DNA from: Candidatus Woesearchaeota archaeon
Lineage (GTDB): Archaea; Nanobdellota; Nanobdellia; Pacearchaeales; GW2011-AR1
NCBI GenBank assembly: GCA_964547875.1
Contig: CAZJPE010000005.1
Location: forward strand, 27,543-91,542
DNA: 64,000 bases
Reading direction: 5' to 3'
Shown here: in pieces, positions 7,799 to 15,345 of the stretch
Position numbering within the stretch: the first letter of the stretch is position 1
Layout: each line of letters opens with the position of its first letter
Notes under the pieces: generated by a model
Database searches by the model: none
Told to the model about the DNA's origin: nothing
The model's input: only the letters and a program-made list of their open reading frames with translations
Made by a program: the position numbers and the translations under genes

Positions 7799-8086
7799 TT
7801 ATACCTCACAAAGCCTATCTAATTCTTCAAAACTCATCTTTCTATGCCCATATTTTTCTAAATGTTTATTAGCAATATCAATAATCTTTTTCACATATTC
7901 TTCATTAGCCTCTTTTTCAACAATTTCATCCCCATATATTTCAGCAAACTTATTTATGGCTTCAGATTTATCATTCAATCCATATTTCGCTTTAATAACG
8001 GATAATACTCTATTTGCATAATTATTCAATCGTATTCTTGCAGAGATTTCTTTTTCCATAGCACTTAGTATGCACATTATATACAC
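7799..8086 (-). CDS. Putative antitoxin. The real start is probably an internal Met at 8077 or 8059, because 8086 is a GTG.
   Basis: 95 aa. ISARIRLNNYANRVLSVIKAKYGL is RHH/antitoxin-like. Immediately upstream of the toxin. Confidence 0.45.
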   Translation of the reverse strand: MYIMCILSAMEKEISARIRLNNYANRVLSVIKAKYGLNDKSEAINKFAEIYGDEIVEKEANEEYVKKIIDIANKHLEKYGHRKMSFEELDRLCEV

Positions 8087-8105
8087 ACAGATTATTTAAA
8101 TCTTT
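8087..8105. promoter_or_regulatory. TATA-containing motif ACAGATTATTTAAATCTTT, shared with the TrmB gene promoter (26206-26223).
   Basis: 18-19 nt identical at both sites, just upstream of minus-strand gene starts. Contains TTTAAATA (TATA-box-like) within the imperfect palindrome AGATT-N-AATCT. Confidence 0.4.
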
Positions 8106-8276
8106 CTACAGAAATCTTGCTAGAACAATAATTCAAGTTGAGGAAAATTACATATTTTCTTGAGACTCTTCAGCTTGTTCTTCTTTAGGATGTTCCTTTT
8201 CTTTCTGCGCTTTCTGTTTTCCTTTTTATGCCAGTTATTAAAAAATGCCATATATAAATTTATGGTTTCAAAAAAT

Positions 8277-8663
8277 CTACTCGCACATCGGCTTATAAGC
8301 TTCCCAATACGCTCCCAATAAATACGCATTCAAAAGCGTAAAAATAAATCCCATATACCATCCCTTAAAGTCAAGAAATAAATGGAAAAGAAGGATATTT
8401 AGAGTAAATGGAGCAATAAGCACTGCTCCAAAAGGAGCACATTTATTTATTACAAAAAGCAAGCCTACAATAACAAATACAAGCGACATTACAGGAACCA
8501 TATATCCTGTTGCAAATAAAGCTGTTAAAAATGCCATTGCCTCTTCATTAAATTGAGGATTGCCAGGCAAAAACATGAAAAATCCATTCAAACCAAAAAT
8601 AATAAGCGCAATGCCAAATATAATTCTCACAACCTTTGTAAATGTAATCTCTCTCATGGACAT
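8277..8663 (-). CDS. Integral membrane protein (4 TM).
   Basis: 128 aa, hydrophobic throughout. Confidence 0.45.
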   Translation of the reverse strand: MSMREITFTKVVRIIFGIALIIFGLNGFFMFLPGNPQFNEEAMAFLTALFATGYMVPVMSLVFVIVGLLFVINKCAPFGAVLIAPFTLNILLFHLFLDFKGWYMGFIFTLLNAYLLGAYWEAYKPMCE

Positions 8664-8716
8664 GCTTAACTAAACTAATATTTAAATATTCCTTTCCTTA
8701 ATTTATTTAACTAAAA

Positions 8717-9154
8717 ATGAAAAGACAAAAGACCTCTCTAATTATATTAATTTTTGTTTTATTAATAATACTTGTAATTCTATCTTCTATCTATCAAAAT
8801 TCAATTAGTAAAAATCAATGTAATTACGGCTCTGGAACAAAAAACTATATCGGCAAATCAGAAGAAGAATGCTCAAGAATCCAATTTCTTTGCACCCTAG
8901 GATTCCAAGAATTTAGTGATAATTGCGGTTGCGGATGCGAGAAAATCAACTATAAGCAAGAACAGAATCTCTGCCCGCCAGAAAGCAGAAATGCAGATGC
9001 CTGCATTCAGTTATATCAACCCGTCTGCGGATTCTTTAATTCTGAAAAAATTCAATGCATTAAATATCCATGCACGCAAACCTTCTCCAATAGCTGTTTT
9101 GCCTGTATGAATGAAGATATTTTATATTGGACAGAAGGAGAATGCCCTGAATAA
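8717..9154 (+). CDS. Secreted Cys-rich protein with a Kazal-like motif.
   Basis: Signal peptide MKRQKTSLIILIFVLLIILVILSS. Motif CIQLYQPVCGFFNSEKIQCIKYPCTQTFSNSCFAC resembles the Kazal C-x-Y-x-PVCG...C...C spacing. Confidence 0.45.
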   Translation: MKRQKTSLIILIFVLLIILVILSSIYQNSISKNQCNYGSGTKNYIGKSEEECSRIQFLCTLGFQEFSDNCGCGCEKINYKQEQNLCPPESRNADACIQLYQPVCGFFNSEKIQCIKYPCTQTFSNSCFACMNEDILYWTEGECPE

Positions 9155-9162
9155 ATTCTAAA

Positions 9163-9369
9163 TTATTTTTCAATTATTTTCTTTAATATCTTTCGTCTTC
9201 TTTGCCTGTCTTTCTCCATAGAGGCAATTTCTTTCTCATAATAATCTACTAATTCTCTTTTACCTTCTTCAAATGTGATTTCTTTTTTGCCCCCATGAAG
9301 TTCTATCTGTTTTTCTATAGAGATAATGCTTTTCTCAGGTCTTTTTCTTCTTTTTGCCATATTCCTCAA
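9163..9369 (-). CDS. Small highly basic/acidic protein, module partner of the AbrB-NTase gene. Paralog of 28288-28473.
   Basis: 68 aa, KRRKRPEK..., conserved VDYYEKEI. Start overlaps the 3' end of 9335-10129 by 35 nt. Confidence 0.45.
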   Translation of the reverse strand: MRNMAKRRKRPEKSIISIEKQIELHGGKKEITFEEGKRELVDYYEKEIASMEKDRQRRRKILKKIIEK

Positions 9370-10129
9370 TCTCCCTTTCTAATAAACCGACTAATTTTTC
9401 AGCTAATGAAATATCAATCTTCTCTTTTATTTTTTTATTATCCCTAATTAAACTATAAATTCTATATAGCTTTTCATATTCTGCTTTAGTTATTCCTAGC
9501 ATCGTAATTAACCATCTCTCAAATTCTCTATTTGAATATTTCTTTTCATTCAATATAGACCTAATGATATAAAGCCCTCTTAATCTCAATAAGGATGAAT
9601 AAATAACTGCTTTTGATTTTAACATTGAGCTATCTAATTTATCCATTTCAATCAGTTCCTTATTTATCCCAATCATTTTTTTAGAATCTTTGAAATATAA
9701 TTTAAAAGAATTTATATTTAGTTTAATAAAATTTTTCAATTCCTCCAAAAGCCCCTTATTTAGAATAACTTTAGCGTCTATCAACTTAGAATAAATTATT
9801 TCTGGGCGCTCTTTCAGAACAGAAACAATGGCATTTAATGTAGTAATAATCACCTCATATTTTCCCATTTTTATCTTTTTATTAATATTATTAGTTATAA
9901 CTAGTATATCTATGTCACTTTCTTTAGTTTTTTCTCCCCGCGCATAGCTTCCAACAAGATAAACTCCAATAATATCTTCAAAATATGGCTCAAGAATTTC
10001 TAAAACATCTTTTTTTATGTCTAATGGTTTTTTAACTAACTCAACTTTCGCTTTTCCATTCAGCCATTCCCTAGGAAGAATGACCCCTGCAGAATTTCCT
10101 ATTCTAACAATTTGTTTTATTAATTTCAT
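9335..10129 (-). CDS. AbrB/SpoVT-like N-terminal domain fused to a minimal nucleotidyltransferase domain plus a C-terminal helical domain. Paralog of 28448-29260.
   Basis: VRIGNSAGVILPREWL (AbrB swapped hairpin). GVYLVGSYARGEKTKESDIDILV (Pol-beta-type NTase GS...DxD). Confidence 0.6.
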   Translation of the reverse strand: MKLIKQIVRIGNSAGVILPREWLNGKAKVELVKKPLDIKKDVLEILEPYFEDIIGVYLVGSYARGEKTKESDIDILVITNNINKKIKMGKYEVIITTLNAIVSVLKERPEIIYSKLIDAKVILNKGLLEELKNFIKLNINSFKLYFKDSKKMIGINKELIEMDKLDSSMLKSKAVIYSSLLRLRGLYIIRSILNEKKYSNREFERWLITMLGITKAEYEKLYRIYSLIRDNKKIKEKIDISLAEKLVGLLEREIEEYGKKKKKT

Positions 10130-10185
10130 GTTATAACAAAGTTATAACACTATTTAAATATTACTCTATAAATTTCTTAAGAGTC

Positions 10186-10512
10186 TCACAAAAATCTCTT
10201 TAATTTTTTCCTCAATAAAACTATAAGCCGAGGATCATTCATTATATAAATATCCTTAATATTTAATATAATAATTTTTTTACCTTTAGCCTCGGAAAAG
10301 TTCTCCAAAATAAAATCCTTATGTGATTTTTCCATGCAAAAGATAATATCTGTCCACATAATAGAATGTTTATCAATTACTATAACTGATAGAGGATTTA
10401 TCTCGCATGATTTTGCCTCGTACTTTCTATTATCTCTAAACAAACCTTCTGCAGTCGGGCTTCTATTCAAATTTGCGTTGCATACAAAAAGCAGATGTTT
10501 TTTTCTTATCAT
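10186..10512 (-). CDS. Low-molecular-weight phosphotyrosine phosphatase / ArsC-like fold.
   Basis: N-terminal LLFVCNANLNRSPTAEGLF matches the CX5R P-loop of LMW-PTP. Confidence 0.5.
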   Translation of the reverse strand: MIRKKHLLFVCNANLNRSPTAEGLFRDNRKYEAKSCEINPLSVIVIDKHSIMWTDIIFCMEKSHKDFILENFSEAKGKKIIILNIKDIYIMNDPRLIVLLRKKLKRFL

Positions 10513-10514
10513 AG

Positions 10515-11339
10515 CTATCTATCACTAAATGATTTGCTTATCTTTATATTCCAGAAACTCGGCAATGGATTATCTACAAATCCTTTAAAATTATCAGAAT
10601 AAATATAAGTCAATCCTTTGTAATTTTTATATCTCTCAAATCCATTTTCAATTTTATCATAAATATCTCTAATTATCTTTCTTTCAAAATTCTTCTGCAA
10701 CAATGAGGGTTTTTTCAAAACAAGATAATCTGCCTGCCTTAATGCGTTCACGTCGATATTAGAAGAATTCTGCGATATGAATAAAACACTTATGCTTTTA
10801 TGTCTTGCTATTAAAATCAGCTCGCTTAATAATTTATTCGCACTGCTCATTGCCTTTCTCGAGCTGAACAATATTCCTCCCTCGTCAACTAAAATAAATG
10901 AATTATTTTTCGCCTGCGAAGCATCCTCAATAACTTCTATCCAGGAAGGCATTTCTTCTTTCTTAAAACCCAAGGCAAAAATCTTCTTCTTCTTTTCAGA
11001 ATATAAATTCTCAATAAAAGACAATCCAAAAGCAGTTTTTCCAGAGCCTCTTGCTCCCACAATAATTCCTATTTTACTATCAGCGCCAATAACAGAGTTT
11101 TCAAAGGAATTAAATTTTCCCCTCTCTGATTTTACAACTTTAATTTCCTGATAATCTGCAGTCATTGAAGCTCTCTTTTTTTCAATTTCTTTTTTTCTGA
11201 AAATTCTGCTTATCTCCTTAACTATGTCATAGCATCCCACTATAAAATAGTATGGTATCTTTATAATAAACCATAAGAACTTGATTAAGCTGACAAATAA
11301 GACTTTTAATAAATTAATTTTCTTTCTCTTTTTTGCCAT
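10515..11339 (-). CDS. P-loop NTPase with N-terminal TM helix (Zot/AAA-like).
   Basis: GIIVGARGSGKTAFG (Walker A). ILVDEGG (Walker B). N-terminal LLKVLFVSLIKFLWFIIKIPYYFIVG is hydrophobic. Confidence 0.5.
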   Translation of the reverse strand: MAKKRKKINLLKVLFVSLIKFLWFIIKIPYYFIVGCYDIVKEISRIFRKKEIEKKRASMTADYQEIKVVKSERGKFNSFENSVIGADSKIGIIVGARGSGKTAFGLSFIENLYSEKKKKIFALGFKKEEMPSWIEVIEDASQAKNNSFILVDEGGILFSSRKAMSSANKLLSELILIARHKSISVLFISQNSSNIDVNALRQADYLVLKKPSLLQKNFERKIIRDIYDKIENGFERYKNYKGLTYIYSDNFKGFVDNPLPSFWNIKISKSFSDR

Positions 11340-11399
11340 TATAACTCCTTTAACAAATTATAAAAAAGAAGTTTATAAATATCCTGTTTCTTTAAACTT

Positions 11400-14186
11400 T
11401 CATCTATTTCTTCTTGCTAATGTATAATATCCAACAACTCCTAATATAATAATTACTCCAATTATCAACCATAATATGCCCTTAGATATAGGTTTGGCTT
11501 CTGAAGGAGTTTCAGTAGGGGGAGGAATTTGCGCTTGCGCAGCCTCTTCAACAACCCTCTCAATTTTTTCAGCAATTGCAAAGAAGCTAAATGACATCAA
11601 TTCTACTTCAAAATACTCGTTTTCAGAATCAGAATTTATATATTTTGTTTCTAATTCATTCCATTGATTAGAATTTACATCATACCTAAACAATACTACT
11701 TTATCTTTTGTTAGCCCATTACTAATTAGCCAAGATTTTTCAACCTGCAATGTTATCACGCCTTTCTTTATATTATTTTCCAAATTTCGTGACTGTATTT
11801 CTAAATATTTATAGACCTTCCCAGATTTCTCAACACTTACATTTACGGGCTTTCCATCATATTTTATAACAGTTACCTTTACATTTTGTGCAGGATTATT
11901 AACTTCAATTGATATTTCTTTTAATCCGATCTCCTTATCATTTATCTTCATTATTGTTACATTTCCAGGCGTTATTTTTGTCCAACTATTTGTTTTTGTA
12001 GTTTTGTTAGTTGCTGTTACAGCACCACTGCCCCCGCCCCCACTAGAGGTACTAGTAGAGGTTCCAGGAGAAGACGAAGCAGGAATGGCTGCCCCGGTTA
12101 TACTCGGTCCAGTTCCAGAAAAATGTGGCAATCTTACCCATATTTGATTTGAGGTCGTGTTGATATAACAAGGGTTTGTAATATTAAATAATGTGGAGTT
12201 AGTAGTGCAAGTTATGTTATTTAAAAGATACTGCCAATCATTTTTCTTATTAGAATAATGAGAGAAGTTTCCTGCAAAAGCAGTAGAATTCGTACCATTA
12301 ACAGTAGCATTCCATATAACATTCCAATTATCGTCATAAAAAACAGGAATACTTATGTTGACAGGTTGTGTATCATTTAATCCCGTGCTTGCAGATTCGG
12401 AATAAGGAACAGAAACTAAAACATAATCATATACTGTAGGTCCGCTAGATCCGAATCTTAAGGCAGCACTGAAATCATTTCCTGATGTTCCATTCTTTGT
12501 TTTGTCATCAAATAAAGCATCCGGCGGACCAGACGCCATCATATCAACATTTACATAGTGTACTAAAATGCCCGCTGTTCCCATTCTAAAGCTTAGTTTT
12601 CCTCCCCCAATTATTGCAGACATAGGATTAAAGTCCTGCATATTTGTAGAACTCCCTATTACACAAGCGCCAGGAGGATCCGGAACATCGCATGTCAAAT
12701 TTGAAATATAAAGCCCCATTGTTATAGACGACGAACTTAATGCGCTATCAATGGCTTGTGGATTAAATGAATTTATTGTGATGTTACTCACATTTCCATT
12801 TGCATTATTGTCAGTTATAAGCTGGGCAATAGTAGGAGCAATTCTTTTAGGAGCATAATTTCCTCCTCCTACAAAGATATTCATTTCTTTAATTCCTGTG
12901 ATATTTAATAAAGGAATTGAGAAATTTCCACTACTTGATTGTCCAACATCTTCAACCCATGTAAATTCAATTGCCCCATAATTGGAATAATCAACAGTTG
13001 TTTCAATATGCACAGAAGATTGGCTCAAACTGCTGTTTGTTGCGTTAACTAATTGGAATACTTGTTTAGCTACGCCCCTATTTTTCTTTTGGGCAAAATT
13101 ATTTGCATTGTCCAAACTAAAGTTCGAACTGGCTCCTATTAGACCGTACATTGAGAAGTTAATTCTTACCCCCGCAGCACCATAAGATAAACTTATATTA
13201 GCAACCCCGCCATAATACCGGCTTCCATTGCGCGCAGTGGCAAATAACAAATAATTCGCGGTTTCAGCAGAGGCGGGCAAGGTTATATTATAGAATCCGC
13301 TAGTAAGGTTAAAAAGATCAGTAAGTCCAGTCCCAATAAACGTGCTTAAATTAAATGGCATGGCTCCAAACGTAGCATGGACCATATTACCCGGCTCAAG
13401 CATAAACGGTACGACTGTAAACTCGTCCCAGCCACCAGTGCTCGTAACATTGCTGGCATTGATAAAACCTGTAATTTGAGGCAAACTAAGGGTTATATTA
13501 AATTGCTTATAAAGCGTTCGCGTAGTAGCATTATATCGGGATATATTCCCAGAAGTTGTAACTATATTGTAACTGTTAGTAGATGTAAAATTATTCCAAT
13601 TAAAGAAAGCAGGCAAACTTTGATTAGGAAAGACAGTAATAGAATAATTCCTATCCCTAGGAACAACTATATTCGCCTCAAGAACCCCGTCACCAAAATT
13701 ACTCGCAATTAGATAGCCGAGTGCAGAATCTTTAATTTGATAATTAAACGGAATTCTCCCTCCCGACGAATTAATTGCAGTAATATTAATTGTTCCGGCT
13801 TCTCTTAAATAAAATAAATTATTGCGTAACTGAGTAAAAACGAACACAGGGAAAGCAGGCAAACTTTGTCCAACATAATCGACATATGAACCGTTTTTAT
13901 GGGTTATAAGGGGCTCATATAACCAATTTACGCTTTCAGGAATAGTTATATTAAACCAACCGCTCGCATTTGTAGTTGTAGAATTATATCCTGCAGACAC
14001 AAAACCATTTACACCACCCGAAAAAATATTTCTCATGGTTATATTAATTATAGAATTATTCAATGCGTTTCCATTAATATCATAAACAGTCCCGTTAAAC
14101 TCAAAAGCGCTAACTAGTCCAATAGTTGCAAACATATATATTGATATCACAAAAATCAAAAAGCTCAAATATCCGGTTTTCATCAC
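11400..14186 (-). CDS. Large cell-surface glycoprotein (S-layer-like). Signal peptide, about 45 N-x-S/T sequons, Ser/Thr/Gly linker, C-terminal TM anchor.
   Basis: 928 aa. N-terminal MMKTGYLSFLIFVISIYMFATIGLVSA. STSTSSGGGGSG linker. C-terminal GILWLIIGVIIILGVVGYYTLARRNR. Confidence 0.6.
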   Translation of the reverse strand: MMKTGYLSFLIFVISIYMFATIGLVSAFEFNGTVYDINGNALNNSIINITMRNIFSGGVNGFVSAGYNSTTTNASGWFNITIPESVNWLYEPLITHKNGSYVDYVGQSLPAFPVFVFTQLRNNLFYLREAGTINITAINSSGGRIPFNYQIKDSALGYLIASNFGDGVLEANIVVPRDRNYSITVFPNQSLPAFFNWNNFTSTNSYNIVTTSGNISRYNATTRTLYKQFNITLSLPQITGFINASNVTSTGGWDEFTVVPFMLEPGNMVHATFGAMPFNLSTFIGTGLTDLFNLTSGFYNITLPASAETANYLLFATARNGSRYYGGVANISLSYGAAGVRINFSMYGLIGASSNFSLDNANNFAQKKNRGVAKQVFQLVNATNSSLSQSSVHIETTVDYSNYGAIEFTWVEDVGQSSSGNFSIPLLNITGIKEMNIFVGGGNYAPKRIAPTIAQLITDNNANGNVSNITINSFNPQAIDSALSSSSITMGLYISNLTCDVPDPPGACVIGSSTNMQDFNPMSAIIGGGKLSFRMGTAGILVHYVNVDMMASGPPDALFDDKTKNGTSGNDFSAALRFGSSGPTVYDYVLVSVPYSESASTGLNDTQPVNISIPVFYDDNWNVIWNATVNGTNSTAFAGNFSHYSNKKNDWQYLLNNITCTTNSTLFNITNPCYINTTSNQIWVRLPHFSGTGPSITGAAIPASSSPGTSTSTSSGGGGSGAVTATNKTTKTNSWTKITPGNVTIMKINDKEIGLKEISIEVNNPAQNVKVTVIKYDGKPVNVSVEKSGKVYKYLEIQSRNLENNIKKGVITLQVEKSWLISNGLTKDKVVLFRYDVNSNQWNELETKYINSDSENEYFEVELMSFSFFAIAEKIERVVEEAAQAQIPPPTETPSEAKPISKGILWLIIGVIIILGVVGYYTLARRNR

Positions 14187-14248
14187 ATCTCTTTATAATT
14201 CCATTAGAAAACAGAACTTTATAAATCTTTTTTTATTTAGAATCCTAA

Positions 14249-14320
14249 GCCTCTATAGCTCAGTGGTAGAGCGCGAGTTTCGTAAACTTGAGGTCGGGGG
14301 TTCGAATCCCCCTAGAGGCT
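14249..14320 (+). tRNA. tRNA-Thr (anticodon CGU). No encoded CCA, no intron.
   Basis: Acceptor GCCUCUA/UAGAGGC. D-arm GCUCAGUGGUAGAGC. Anticodon loop UUCGUAA. T-arm GGGGGUUCGAAUCCCCC. Confidence 0.85.
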
Positions 14321-14430
14321 TTATAACAAAAAACCAAAAAAAGAAGAATCAACTATAGAAAATAAAAAGCTTTAAAAATATCCCCTATCTATTTATTTGG
14401 AATTAAATTTAAATAAAAAACATTGAGAAG

Positions 14431-15048
14431 ATGAGTAATTACATAGACCGCCTTTTAGAAAAAAGCGAGCATAAGAAATGGGAAGGAAAAATAAATAGGA
14501 AAGTAATGGTTACTACTTTTATTATAGGCTTAATAATTGTCATTGGCCTTTCAGCCTTTTTCTTTACACAGGATACAATAGACTATACTTCTAATGGACA
14601 GCCAAAACAAACAAGCGGATTTTTAATAGGTTCTATTATTAGCAGCGTTGGGTTCTTAATACTACTCTTAAACTTTTTTTCCAATTACGTAGTGGAATAT
14701 GCTATAACAAACAAGAGAGTTATAATAAAATCCGGTTTGATAGGAACAGACTATAAATCTATATATTTCGAGCAAATTACGCAAGTTATCATTGATGTAG
14801 GATTAATAGGAAAAATATTCGGCACGGGAAACATAAAAATTGATACTGGAAAAACAGAAACCTACTCAAGTGGAGGAGGAAGAGCAGGCAATGCACATAT
14901 TAAAACTAGAACAATGCACGATATTTTAAAAGATATAGACAATCCTTACGATATCTATAAAATATTACAGCCCACAATAACAAGCAGAAGAGAAAGCCTT
15001 TATTCAGGAAGAGCAGACAGAGAGGCCAATCCTCAATATTATAAATAA
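14431..15048 (+). CDS. Membrane protein with bacterial-type PH (bPH_2/DUF304-like) domain.
   Basis: Two TM helices followed by YAITNKRVIIKSGLIGTDYKSIYFEQITQVIIDVGLIGKIFGTGNIKID. Confidence 0.5.
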   Translation: MSNYIDRLLEKSEHKKWEGKINRKVMVTTFIIGLIIVIGLSAFFFTQDTIDYTSNGQPKQTSGFLIGSIISSVGFLILLLNFFSNYVVEYAITNKRVIIKSGLIGTDYKSIYFEQITQVIIDVGLIGKIFGTGNIKIDTGKTETYSSGGGRAGNAHIKTRTMHDILKDIDNPYDIYKILQPTITSRRESLYSGRADREANPQYYK

Positions 15049-15087
15049 GTCTAGGAGGCTTTATCAAAACATTTTTAAAATCATAAA

Positions 15088-15315
15088 TTGTTTTTAAATA
15101 ATAAAATGACAAGCAATCGGGACTTAAGAAAATTTCAGGACTCAGAATCAGTTCAAGCAGCTTTTTCAGCGCTTGTATCTGGCAAAAGATCAGGATACAA
15201 GGCAATCATAGAAAGGAGAAAAGACCTCCCAAAATGCAAAAGCTGCCAGAAAATGCTCGAGGGAAATGAAAAATTCTGCCCAGAATGTGGAGCAAAAACT
15301 AATTTCAACGCATAG
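15088..15315 (+). CDS. Small zinc-ribbon protein.
   Basis: CKSCQKML...CPECGAKT is a C4 ribbon. Confidence 0.4.
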   Translation: MFLNNKMTSNRDLRKFQDSESVQAAFSALVSGKRSGYKAIIERRKDLPKCKSCQKMLEGNEKFCPECGAKTNFNA

Positions 15316-15345
15316 CTTTATTAATTCTATTCAAGAATTATTATT

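Noticed and set aside
10777-11151. Plus-strand ORF of 124 aa.
   Set aside because: It is antisense to the P-loop NTPase gene (Walker A/B present on the minus strand).
12040-12130. A GC-rich patch that might have been a DGR template repeat.
   Set aside because: It lies in-frame inside the surface glycoprotein gene and encodes the Gly/Ser/Thr linker. It has no similarity to the hypervariable islands.
13377-13712. Plus-strand ORF of 111 aa.
   Set aside because: It is embedded antisense in the 928-aa surface glycoprotein gene.
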